Virus record (IMG/VR): IMGVR_UViG_3300032314_000157
Location: 1 to 35,011 of that record
Reading direction: 5' to 3' (one strand)
Length of the DNA stretch: 35,011 nt
Source: a virus
Lineage: Duplodnaviria > Caudoviricetes
The position numbers and the translations under genes were made by a program. Below, piece after piece: positions 25,457-33,528 of the stretch. Within the stretch, counting starts at the first letter, position 1. The number at the start of each line of letters is the position of its first letter. The notes below the pieces were generated by a model. That model was not told the DNA's origin, ran no database searches, and saw only the letters and a list, made by a program, of their open reading frames with translations.

Positions 25457-25667
25457 TTTAATTTGCGGGTGTGCAACCACCCGCCCCTACGACATTGGCG
25501 AAGTCCCGAACCAAGATTCAATTACCGACTACATTATGCGGTGGGACAAACTCGACAGAACCAAAGCAACCCCAGACGAATACCGACAGCTTTTTGGGCA
25601 ATCGCTCAAAACGATATCTCGACTCGTGGAGGAAAATGAAAAACTCCGAAATAGGCTTGACCAATGA
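25389..25667 (+). CDS. Putative o-spanin lipoprotein
   Basis: MKKLL...GSLICGC lipobox; overlaps i-spanin candidate in another frame. Confidence 0.6.
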   Translation: MKKLLINAVSVIRKWILGFIAGSLICGCATTRPYDIGEVPNQDSITDYIMRWDKLDRTKATPDEYRQLFGQSLKTISRLVEENEKLRNRLDQ

Positions 25668-26170
25668 CGATTCGGGAGGCAGTGGAAAGATCAAGAAAGC
25701 ACATCGAAAAGTGTGAGCCTAGTTTCGGGAAGAGGGTAGCGGCTTGGTACTCGGAGTTGATGAGCAAAAAGATTCCAGTTTTGATCTACTGCTCAACCAG
25801 AACGCCCCAAGAACAAGAGGAACTCTACGCCCAAGGACGGACAAAGGCAGGGGCTAAAGTCACAAACGCTCGCGGGATACCCCCACAATCGCTCCACATT
25901 GACCTAGGTAAAGGCTCTCATGCAATAGACTATGTTCCCCTTGCTCGCACTCCGACTAGCGATTTAATCCCCTCTTGGGAGGACGACCAAACCTACTCGA
26001 TCTGCCAGAAAATTGCACAGAAACACCAGCTACGGCATTTAGAATGGGAGCAACCTCACCTTGAGGACGCAACAATTTCTGGATGGAGGGAGTTAATCTC
26101 CCCACAAAAACAAGAGGTGAATAATCAAAAAGTTTCCCTAGTCAGCAAGCGTCCGTGGTCTAGCAGATAG
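25664..26170 (+). CDS. Endolysin, M15 family (L-Ala-D-Glu peptidase-like)
   Basis: RTPQEQEELYAQGRT, KVTNA, SLH, AIDYVP, WEQPHLE. Confidence 0.9.
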   Translation: MTIREAVERSRKHIEKCEPSFGKRVAAWYSELMSKKIPVLIYCSTRTPQEQEELYAQGRTKAGAKVTNARGIPPQSLHIDLGKGSHAIDYVPLARTPTSDLIPSWEDDQTYSICQKIAQKHQLRHLEWEQPHLEDATISGWRELISPQKQEVNNQKVSLVSKRPWSSR

Positions 26171-26173
26171 GAT

Positions 26174-26533
26174 ATGACATTAGAACAAGGCGTGGAGAAA
26201 ACCCAAAAGCATTTTACCAAAAAGCACGAACTTCATTTAACGACTTTGCAAGTGGCGGCAGTCGAATCGATGGAGAAGAAATACAAGCGGGGGGTTGAGG
26301 AAAACGAGGGAACGAAGTTATGGGAAATGCCCACGGCCAGATTGGTTGAGGAAGCAATAGCGGAGGCAACCGATCAAATGGTTTATCTTTTGTCACTACG
26401 CCAACAAATGCACATAGTTATGGAATTGGCGAAGGAAGGATGCACAGACGATACATTGACAAATCCCAGAGCTAGAGAGTGTTGTAATTTAATTTACACA
26501 ACTCTAACTGGACAATCTAAACCCCCATTATGA
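26174..26533 (+). CDS. Helical protein, possibly MazG-like nucleotide pyrophosphatase
   Basis: KKY...EEAIAEATDQMVYL acidic helix motif. Confidence 0.35.
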   Translation: MTLEQGVEKTQKHFTKKHELHLTTLQVAAVESMEKKYKRGVEENEGTKLWEMPTARLVEEAIAEATDQMVYLLSLRQQMHIVMELAKEGCTDDTLTNPRARECCNLIYTTLTGQSKPPL

Positions 26534-27270
26534 AGCCAATTAAGTTTGTCGCTTGTGGAGACATTCACGGCGATGAACAAGATGCTCCCTCAGTAAAGGC
26601 TCTACTCGCTTTCACGAAAGAATACCAACCAGACCTAGTCGTTTGCATCGGAGACCTCTGGGACTTCCGCGCCATTCGCAAAGGGGCAGGGGATGAGGAG
26701 CAAGCATCCAGCCTTCAGAAAGATTGGGATTGTGGGGAAGATTTCATTCGAGAGTTCTTCAAGTTCGGGGATGAAAGAATCTTTCTGCGGGGCAACCACG
26801 ATGAACGGATATATGACTTGAGCCGCAACTCTCGAAGTGGAATAGCGAGGGACTACGCCAACGATGGCATTGAAAACATCGAGGCGATTATGAAAGAGAC
26901 AAGGGGAAGAATGTTTCCCTATGATTCCGTGGCTGGTATCTACAAGTGCGGGACGCTCTCATTCGCACACGGCTACGGCCACGCTATGCACTCGGCAAAG
27001 CAACATAGCGATGCTTATGGAGATGTTATCTTTGGGCATACTCACGCCATTGATTATTTTCGTAGCGTTTCCATCGACCCCCGCACCGGGTACAACATCG
27101 GATGCCTTTGCAACAAAACCCCCGAATACAACCGAGGCCAGTTGCGTAGATTAAGATGGCAACACGGCTGGGCTTATGGGATGATTTATCCAGATAAAAC
27201 GCACGATGTATTTCAAGCCAGACAACGAGGAAACAAATTCTATCTACCCACAAACATAAAATCCTTCTAA
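26530..27270 (+). CDS. Calcineurin-like metallophosphoesterase
   Basis: GDIHG, GDLWD, GNHD, HG, GHTH, GCLC. Confidence 0.9.
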   Translation: MKPIKFVACGDIHGDEQDAPSVKALLAFTKEYQPDLVVCIGDLWDFRAIRKGAGDEEQASSLQKDWDCGEDFIREFFKFGDERIFLRGNHDERIYDLSRNSRSGIARDYANDGIENIEAIMKETRGRMFPYDSVAGIYKCGTLSFAHGYGHAMHSAKQHSDAYGDVIFGHTHAIDYFRSVSIDPRTGYNIGCLCNKTPEYNRGQLRRLRWQHGWAYGMIYPDKTHDVFQARQRGNKFYLPTNIKSF

Positions 27271-27545
27271 TGAAATCCCCACGAAATCCTTGGCAGAAAC
27301 TCCTACAAGAACACATCCACAATCGCTTCACGCCACCACGCCCAGAGGGGTTTTATACTCGGCCAGAAATTGCAAAACTCTGGGGCTTGAAAACGAACAC
27401 GACCGCAAGACTGATTAAGGATATGATGAAAAATAAAAAGCTAGAGATGCGGAAGCACCCATTCCTAATTGCGACAAAAACAAAACCATCCATTCGCCAG
27501 TTACAAATCTATAAAATTCTGCCCACAAAGCCTCCTCGTAAGTAG
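27270..27545 (+). CDS. Small basic HTH protein
   Basis: TRPEIAKLWGLKTNTTARLI. Confidence 0.55.
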   Translation: MKSPRNPWQKLLQEHIHNRFTPPRPEGFYTRPEIAKLWGLKTNTTARLIKDMMKNKKLEMRKHPFLIATKTKPSIRQLQIYKILPTKPPRK

Positions 27546-27563
27546 CTTGTTTATAGGGACTTA
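27539..27563. promoter_or_regulatory. Spaced palindrome TAAGT-N15-ACTTA at late/early boundary
   Basis: Direct reading; related copy near right end (34902-34926). Confidence 0.55.
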
Positions 27564-27595
27564 TAAACAATCGTTAAGATAGGATAAAAAAAGAC

Positions 27596-27623
27596 TAGAC
27601 GAGTTGGGGAGGTGTGTTAGGGT
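27596..27623 (+). promoter_or_regulatory. Putative sigma70-type early promoter, near-leaderless
   Basis: A-tract, TAGACG-16 nt-TAGGGT with TGn extension, ATG 6 nt later; sits in an 84-nt intergenic gap. Confidence 0.5.
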
Positions 27624-27629
27624 TGTCGT

Positions 27630-27716
27630 ATGAACAAAATCCTAATCGCATACATAGTTGGGCTAATCGTCGGGGCTGGTGTAACCCTCTGCATAGTTGA
27701 GCAACTGCTAAAATAA
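27630..27716 (+). CDS. Small membrane peptide (28 aa, MNKILIAYIVGLIVGAG...)
   Basis: Read manually; follows promoter-like sequence. Confidence 0.5.
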   Translation: MNKILIAYIVGLIVGAGVTLCIVEQLLK

Positions 27717-27754
27717 GGCTTGCCACAACCCCACGAAATCCCTAGAAAAAAACA

Positions 27755-28324
27755 ATGACATCCTTCCCACTACCCGCAAGGCCAGTAGGTTCAGCCGTGC
27801 CAGCGAGCCACGGCGAGTTCTCCGACGGCTTCTCCATTGAGGGCAAGCTCAACGGATGGCGGGGCTGGTTCGACCAAGAAACCCAGCAAGGCTACAATCG
27901 TCACGGCAAGTTCGCAACGAATCACAAGCTAATGGCAGATCGAATCCTCGGTGCTGGCATCAAGTCTCGGTTTGTTGATTGTGAAATTATGGGACAGCGA
28001 ACCAAGACTGGCAAAGGAACAATCGTAGTGATGGATGCCTTCGACCCTGCCAACCCCAAGCCTTACGCAGAACGGATGAAGGAGATTGAACACCTCGAAG
28101 CCGTGACCTTCGATGTGCCACAGAATAAACTTCTCCGCTTTGTTCGGCTTGCCCACCACAAAATAAATTCGATATGGGAAGAGATGAACTACCAGAACAA
28201 CAAAGCTGGCGAGGTAATTTGGGAAGGCTTTGTAATGAAGGCTACTGATGACGGCAAATATCCTTTCATCACCAACCCCAACTACTGCTCACCCGCTTGG
28301 CAGAAACAGAGGATTCGATGGTGA
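27755..28324 (+). CDS. Minimal ATP-dependent ligase-like nucleotidyltransferase (adenylation domain only)
   Basis: Motif I EGKLNGWR, III VDCEI, IIIa VMDA, IV EGFVMK, V WQKQR; ends right after motif V. Confidence 0.75.
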   Translation: MTSFPLPARPVGSAVPASHGEFSDGFSIEGKLNGWRGWFDQETQQGYNRHGKFATNHKLMADRILGAGIKSRFVDCEIMGQRTKTGKGTIVVMDAFDPANPKPYAERMKEIEHLEAVTFDVPQNKLLRFVRLAHHKINSIWEEMNYQNNKAGEVIWEGFVMKATDDGKYPFITNPNYCSPAWQKQRIRW

Positions 28325-28536
28325 TCTTTGGCCTCATCATCTTTGTGGGGCTGGTGATTGTGCGAGGGCTTTATATGATCGCCCAACATATCGACCAGCA
28401 GAACTACGAGAGACGGAGATTCTATTTGTCCGTGGCCGCCGATCTTGATCGCTTGGACAAGATCGTGGCAGAGGGCAACCAGCCCAAGCAACCAGAGCTA
28501 GTCCTGCCTAGCAAGAATTGGGTGGGGCGTAACTAA
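28318..28536 (+). CDS. Small membrane-anchored protein
   Basis: N-terminal TM segment. Confidence 0.5.
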   Translation: MVIFGLIIFVGLVIVRGLYMIAQHIDQQNYERRRFYLSVAADLDRLDKIVAEGNQPKQPELVLPSKNWVGRN

Positions 28537-28537
28537 A

Positions 28538-28858
28538 ATGAAGTTATCCCCATCAGCCAAGTTCGAGATTCTATGGAAGAGTCTTGGCGGGTGGGGGCTA
28601 CTTAAAGAATACAAGTTTGCTGATAGTAGAAGATTTAGATTCGACTATTACCACATCGATGGCGTAGCGGTAGAATTGGAAGGGGGAATTTGGGTGCGTG
28701 GTCGCCATACGAATCCATCCGGGTTCTTGAACGATATGGAGAAATACAATCTTGCCGCCTCGATGGGCATCCTAGTTTTCCGAGTGCCATCTCACGACAT
28801 CAGCACCAAATGGCTTTCCCCGATAATCAAAACCATAAATGAAAGGACAAAAAAATGA
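28538..28858 (+). CDS. DUF559/Vsr-like endonuclease
   Basis: EYKF..RRFRFD, VAVELEGG, GRH, DMEKYN. Confidence 0.8.
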   Translation: MKLSPSAKFEILWKSLGGWGLLKEYKFADSRRFRFDYYHIDGVAVELEGGIWVRGRHTNPSGFLNDMEKYNLAASMGILVFRVPSHDISTKWLSPIIKTINERTKK

Positions 28859-29070
28859 GTGAAGAAATGCCTACATTCTGGCATCAAGAACCAGCCAAAA
28901 AAAAATTACCAAATGAAACTACGGATGAATGGATAGTAAGAGTGTTTGGGCCTATCCCAGATACCGAATTCGACCAGAGGAATGACTTTAGGTGTTTGAG
29001 CTTACCTCGAACCGCAAAAGAAAATGCCGAAGGCTTCGGCGTATTCGATGACGGACAGAAGAAACAATAA
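28855..29070 (+). CDS. Hypothetical protein
   Basis: ATGA coupling, AAGGA upstream. Confidence 0.5.
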   Translation: MSEEMPTFWHQEPAKKKLPNETTDEWIVRVFGPIPDTEFDQRNDFRCLSLPRTAKENAEGFGVFDDGQKKQ

Positions 29071-29089
29071 ACCAAGAAAGAACCAACAA

Positions 29090-29920
29090 ATGAATGACCA
29101 ACTAGCAGTACACAATGGCAACGGAGTCTCAAACCATATCCGACAAGCGACTGATGTGGCGGGGGCTTGTCGAGCCATCGTAAAGGAAACTTGCCAACGC
29201 ATAGGCCAGAAGGATTATGTCCGGGTCGAAGGCTGGCAAGCAATCGCAGTAGCTCACGGATGCGTGGCATCTGCAAGGGATGTCGAGCGTCTCGAAGATG
29301 GCTATCGTTGTATCGGTGAGGTCAAGAGGATGGACAACGGACAAGTAATCTCAAGTGCCGAGGGGTTCTTGGGTGATGACGAAAAGATGTGGTTTGAGCG
29401 TCCGACCTATGCAAAAAGGGCTATGGTTCAGACCAGAGCAATTAGCAGGGCTTGTCGTTCGGCATTCGCACATATCGTTGTGCTGATAGATTCTAAGTTG
29501 AGCACGACACCGGCAGAGGAGATTCCCATCGGTGGCTTTGAAGATATCAACACGGACAAGTATGAGCAAGCACCCAAGCCAGTTAAGCTAGACACGGTTA
29601 AGTCTGATTCGATTAGCAAGGCAGACCTAGCCGACATCACGGCCAAGCTCAACGGAGTTGCGGTTAAGACTAATGGCGGTGAGCCGAGAGATATGGAGTT
29701 GAAGTTTGGCAAGCACAAAGGCTCAACGCTTCGCCAGATCGCCGCCTTTGGGAACAAAGGCTTGGATTATTTGGAGTGGTTATCCAAGCAAGACCTCAAG
29801 CCCGGTGCTGATGGTAAGCCCTACAAGAACGACATCATCAGAAACGAAATCATCGCAGAGATTCTTGCAGAAGCAGATGCGATAGCGAAAGGAAATCCTA
29901 ATGATGAAATCCCATTCTGA
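29090..29920 (+). CDS. Single-strand annealing protein (RecT/Bet-like) with C-terminal FGKHKG (DUF3820-like) domain
   Basis: YVRVEGW, AMVQTRAISRACRSAF, TPAEE; FGKHKG..L..I...YLEWL; acidic DEIPF tail. Confidence 0.65.
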   Translation: MNDQLAVHNGNGVSNHIRQATDVAGACRAIVKETCQRIGQKDYVRVEGWQAIAVAHGCVASARDVERLEDGYRCIGEVKRMDNGQVISSAEGFLGDDEKMWFERPTYAKRAMVQTRAISRACRSAFAHIVVLIDSKLSTTPAEEIPIGGFEDINTDKYEQAPKPVKLDTVKSDSISKADLADITAKLNGVAVKTNGGEPRDMELKFGKHKGSTLRQIAAFGNKGLDYLEWLSKQDLKPGADGKPYKNDIIRNEIIAEILAEADAIAKGNPNDEIPF

Positions 29921-30089
29921 CCAAATACAAGACATCATCAACGATGCGATGCGTAAGGCCGCCGTCCTTGAAAGGGAACGGTGTGCCGAACTTGTCCAGA
30001 GACTAGCCGATGGGACTGAAGATCAAGTTATCCAAGACATACTCAACGAGGTTGTCGTAGCCCTACGGAGGCTATCGGATGAGCGTTGA
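29901..30089 (+). CDS. Hypothetical protein (ERERCA motif)
   Basis: ORF tiling; GAAATCCT leader. Confidence 0.5.
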   Translation: MMKSHSDQIQDIINDAMRKAAVLERERCAELVQRLADGTEDQVIQDILNEVVVALRRLSDER

Positions 30090-30294
30090 TGTAGATGTTC
30101 CAAGGGTCAAGTGGTCAATGCTTGAATGGAAAACAATGGAGGAGAAACCCAAGAACGATGAAAAAGTGCTTATGGATATTGGCGGTGAGGTTGCTGTTGG
30201 TAGGTTCGTTGATGGCTCGTTTGTGTCTCGAAGCTGGGGGCATTCTGAAAATGATGTTCGGCTTTGGGCAAGCTGGCCGAAAGCACCCAAATGA
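30079..30294 (+). CDS. DUF551-like small protein
   Basis: W...EEKP...VL...V..WA.WP..P pattern. Confidence 0.55.
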   Translation: MSVDVDVPRVKWSMLEWKTMEEKPKNDEKVLMDIGGEVAVGRFVDGSFVSRSWGHSENDVRLWASWPKAPK

Positions 30295-30443
30295 TAAGTT
30301 TCCTTTTATCCATCGTGAAACTTTTGTGGGAGTTGTTCGTCATCGGTTTGGGATGTTTGAGTCTCTATCTCCTAATTATATTCGTCAGCGGAGCATTGTG
30401 GGATTTGGGAAAAGACATAATCGAAAGGATTAAAAAGAAATGA
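30291..30443 (+). CDS. Small membrane protein (50 aa, MISFLLSIVKLLW...)
   Basis: Read manually; ATGA overlaps at both ends. Confidence 0.5.
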   Translation: MISFLLSIVKLLWELFVIGLGCLSLYLLIIFVSGALWDLGKDIIERIKKK

Positions 30444-30649
30444 GCGTTAAAAGACTGAAACTTGTGGACGAGTTCCACGCAATCGTATCGAAAAGGCTGA
30501 AGGATTTATTTAAGGACTTCGACCACGCCAAGAGGGAGAACTACAAAGACATCATTAGCCACTTAGATTATAGCCATCGTATCACTAAAGAGCTATTAGA
30601 GCGAGCAAAGAAGTATCAAAAGATCGATATGGAAAAGGGCAAGAAATGA
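30440..30649 (+). CDS. Hypothetical protein
   Basis: ATGA coupling. Confidence 0.5.
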   Translation: MSVKRLKLVDEFHAIVSKRLKDLFKDFDHAKRENYKDIISHLDYSHRITKELLERAKKYQKIDMEKGKK

Positions 30650-31359
30650 GGCGGGATTCCTTCTGGTTTCCCTTCGAGCCTAACCGCTGGCTGGCAAATG
30701 AAAAGCTGGCATTGGTAAGCCTTGAGGCCAAGGGGCTATGGATTCACTTGCTCTGCCTTATGTATAAGGCCAACGCTGGCGGCAAGCTAACCATCAATGG
30801 ACATATACCCACCCCCGAACAGATCAGCAGAATGGTTGGGCAAGATGCCAAGCCTTTACTGCAAGAGCTTGAGGTTGCTGGGGTTTATGAGCTAAAGGAT
30901 GGGGCAATCTATCACGGAGGAGTTGCCTCTGGATTGGCAAAGATGGAGGAAAGATCGGCTGGTTATGCACGAAGGATGAACCATAGATCGTCCATCTATG
31001 TACCATCTATGAACCATCTATGTACCAAAGATGAGCCATCTATTGTATATAATAATAGTAATAGTAATAGTAACAATAATAGTAAGACAGATAACAAGAA
31101 AGAGAGAGAGGGCTTACGCCCCACGCTGGCTGAATGGATTGCCTTTGCTAAAGAGATTGGATGGAGGCAGACAGACGCAGAGTCGGCTTTTGATTACTAC
31201 CAGAGCAACGGATGGAAGGTCGGAGGCAGAGCATCGGTTAAGGATTGGAGAGCGTGTGCCAGAAATTGTAAGCGCAGAAACCAAAACCAAAAGAAAGGAG
31301 GCGATCTCATTAGCATTAACTCTTTAGAGTTTGATGGTATGGAGAAAGTCAAAATATGA
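30646..31359 (+). CDS. Replication initiator (YdaU/lambda O-like architecture)
   Basis: WFPF...WL...LEAKGLWIHLLCLMY N-terminus; internal iterons; C-terminal FDYYQSNGWKVG...KDWRA. Confidence 0.8.
   Translation: MRRDSFWFPFEPNRWLANEKLALVSLEAKGLWIHLLCLMYKANAGGKLTINGHIPTPEQISRMVGQDAKPLLQELEVAGVYELKDGAIYHGGVASGLAKMEERSAGYARRMNHRSSIYVPSMNHLCTKDEPSIVYNNSNSNSNNNSKTDNKKEREGLRPTLAEWIAFAKEIGWRQTDAESAFDYYQSNGWKVGGRASVKDWRACARNCKRRNQNQKKGGDLISINSLEFDGMEKVKI
30975..31090. repeat. Putative replication origin: six tandem 11-bp iterons then AT-rich AATAGT repeats
   Basis: GATGAACCATA GATCGTCCATC TATGTACCATC TATGAACCATC TATGTACCAAA GATGAGCCATC (30975-31040). Confidence 0.8.
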
Positions 31360-31970
31360 AAACATCAGAAATAGTAAATGAGGCTATGAAATTAGTTGGC
31401 TCTGAAAATAATGGAGAGAAAATACAAGACTGGGATGCTTATATTCTGAAACGAGAAGCTGATAGGCTTTTAAATGAAAGGAAAGAACGATGGAACAAAA
31501 TATGCCCACCTCTCTATAAGGAAACAGATATTCAAAAAATAGATAAAAAAAGGCTTGATATGGTGATGTCTTGGAATCCTAAAGATGGGAAAAACCTTTG
31601 GATTCAAGGAGAGACTGGCAAGCAGAAAACACGGATGGCGTTTTTGCTTATTGAAAAACTTTTATTCAAGGGATATTCAGTTGAAGCCATCAATGCCGTT
31701 GAGCTTGGAATTAAATTATCTCAACCAGTTTGGGACGGAAAAGAAAAAGAGCTAGAAAGGCTTTCAAGGTATTCCGTCCTTCTAATAGATGATCTAGGGA
31801 AAGAACCAGACACGCAGAGCATATCTCAATACCTTTACTTGCTAGTTGAGAAGAGATATTCAAATAAAAAACTTACTATAATTACCTCGAACGAGCTTCA
31901 AAACAAAGAGGCACAACGACCAACTTATAGGCGTTTATTTGAAAATGCTCTATGCGTGGAGGTTGCATAA
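31356..31970 (+). CDS. DnaC/IstB-like AAA+ helicase loader
   Basis: GETGKQKT, LLIDDLGKE, RY...TIITSN, RRL. Confidence 0.85.
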   Translation: MKTSEIVNEAMKLVGSENNGEKIQDWDAYILKREADRLLNERKERWNKICPPLYKETDIQKIDKKRLDMVMSWNPKDGKNLWIQGETGKQKTRMAFLLIEKLLFKGYSVEAINAVELGIKLSQPVWDGKEKELERLSRYSVLLIDDLGKEPDTQSISQYLYLLVEKRYSNKKLTIITSNELQNKEAQRPTYRRLFENALCVEVA

Positions 31971-32372
31971 GTGAATTACCCTCAAGATATGGTTTTAGCC
32001 GCCACAATCCACCGGGTGAAGATGTGCGAGGACAAATTAAGGGAGTTTGAGCAAATGGTAAGCACACTAACCGCTACAATGGCTCAAAATCGAGCAGAAT
32101 TGGCCTCACAAGGGCTTGAAAAGCTCGTAATGGGTGTAACTACCCCCCTAGACATCCCAAAAGAGCTTGTTCCGACCTATGGCAAGGGTGGGGCGAGACG
32201 AAATCGTGAGTTTTCGACTGTAAAGAAGCGATGGACGCTCTGGAAGCACCAACTCGATAGCGGTATGTCGATGAGCGAGCTTGCAAGAGCTTGGGGCGTT
32301 CATAGAACAACCATAATGAACGCAAAGAGCCGTAACTTTGCCGTTCGCAAGGCCAAAGGAGGCTCAAGATGA
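31971..32372 (+). CDS. Coiled-coil + C-terminal HTH protein
   Basis: GMSMSELARAWGVHRTTI. Confidence 0.6.
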   Translation: MNYPQDMVLAATIHRVKMCEDKLREFEQMVSTLTATMAQNRAELASQGLEKLVMGVTTPLDIPKELVPTYGKGGARRNREFSTVKKRWTLWKHQLDSGMSMSELARAWGVHRTTIMNAKSRNFAVRKAKGGSR

Positions 32373-32641
32373 TTGCTATGATTGAGACAGAGCAGTTTGA
32401 GTTGCCTTTTATGAGGACAACGCACCCACAAAAGACGGAAGGCCACGACCAGAACGCTCGCATCCTAGCCCATTTGCAATCAGGGCGAACACTGACGGCT
32501 TTGGAGGCACTCGATTGGTTCAAGTGCTTCCGATTGGCGAGCCGAGTTTGTGATTTGCGGAAGGCTGGGCATTTGGTCGAGAAGCGAACAGTCAAAACCA
32601 GTAGCGGCAAAAACATAGCTCAATATTATTTGTCTTGTTGA
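32369..32641 (+). CDS. Winged-HTH protein (HTH_39-like)
   Basis: ILAHLQSGRTLTALEA...RLASRVCDLRKAG. Confidence 0.75.
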   Translation: MIAMIETEQFELPFMRTTHPQKTEGHDQNARILAHLQSGRTLTALEALDWFKCFRLASRVCDLRKAGHLVEKRTVKTSSGKNIAQYYLSC

Positions 32642-32659
32642 ACAACCCAAAACCACCCC

Positions 32660-32687
32660 TTGCCTCAACCTAAACTCAAAGTAGCTT
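32660..32687 (+). promoter_or_regulatory. Putative sigma70-type promoter
   Basis: TTGCCT-16 nt-TAGCTT in intergenic gap, 9 nt before ATG 32697. Confidence 0.4.
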
Positions 32688-32696
32688 AAAAACTCA

Positions 32697-32993
32697 ATGA
32701 ACGAATCTTATGTAACCGCAGAGGCGAAGGCCAACGGCATACTTGCCGATCGCTACCCCGGCAAGGAACTGGAAAAGCTCTACGCAACGACTCGCAACCA
32801 AGCGACCATTGATATGCTCCGAGATGCCGTGTTCACACTAATCACCAACGAGATTCCGACTTGCACGATTGCGGAGGTGCTAAAGAAAACCCACGGAGCA
32901 ATTCAGTACCACCTACGATATTTAGAGGGAAGGGGCAAGATCAAAAGGCCGAACAAGCGATGCCATTGGACGGAGGTAAATCGTGAAGATTAA
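32697..32993 (+). CDS. HTH DNA-binding protein
   Basis: TIAEVLKKTHGAIQYHLRYLEGRG. Confidence 0.6.
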   Translation: MNESYVTAEAKANGILADRYPGKELEKLYATTRNQATIDMLRDAVFTLITNEIPTCTIAEVLKKTHGAIQYHLRYLEGRGKIKRPNKRCHWTEVNRED

Positions 32994-33528
32994 CAAGATG
33001 GAGGCCAAGGCAATCGAGGCACAGATCGACAAGCTCAAGACCCCGATTGACAACGCAGAAGGCAAAAGAACTAAAGGGGACGAATCACCCTCAAGACGCT
33101 ACCGCCATTTGTGCGAGCGTCTCCATTTCTTAACGATGAAAAAAGCCATTATCATCCTAGCCATCACGCTCTTATGCTCAAGCCAAGCGGCAAACATAAT
33201 GATCGAGACCCCAAAGCAGAAAACCATCAAGGCTCGCATCACGGCATACTGGTTGGGTGAGGACGAGTTTGGCTATAAAAGCTCTACTGGAAAACGGTTG
33301 GTCTCTGGCAAATCTTGTGCCGTAGACCCCAAAATTATCCCCTACGGAACGACCCTACTGATTGAGGGCAAGGCATACCACGCTCACGACACCGGGACGG
33401 CAGTAATCTCACGGAAGGCATCGGGCAAGACCAAGCTCCCAGTTGTAGACCTTTTCTATGCCACGGAACGGCAAGCAAAGAGGGAACTGGCAAGGGTTGG
33501 ACGGACAGCATTAGTGGAAATCCAATGA
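32983..33528 (+). CDS. 3D-domain (three-Asp) lytic transglycosylase-like protein; probable secreted form starts at ATG 33136
   Basis: ITAY, CAVDPKIIPYGT, HDTGTA, VDLF; MKKAIIILAITLLCSSQAA signal-like peptide. Confidence 0.8.
   Translation: MKINKMEAKAIEAQIDKLKTPIDNAEGKRTKGDESPSRRYRHLCERLHFLTMKKAIIILAITLLCSSQAANIMIETPKQKTIKARITAYWLGEDEFGYKSSTGKRLVSGKSCAVDPKIIPYGTTLLIEGKAYHAHDTGTAVISRKASGKTKLPVVDLFYATERQAKRELARVGRTALVEIQ

Noticed and set aside
27546-27754. tRNA or structured ncRNA in the late/early boundary region
   Set aside because: No cloverleaf or long stems seen; the region is explained by promoter-like elements and a 28-aa ORF.
30095-30433. 112-aa ORF
   Set aside because: Overlaps two better coupled genes (30079-30294 and 30291-30443).
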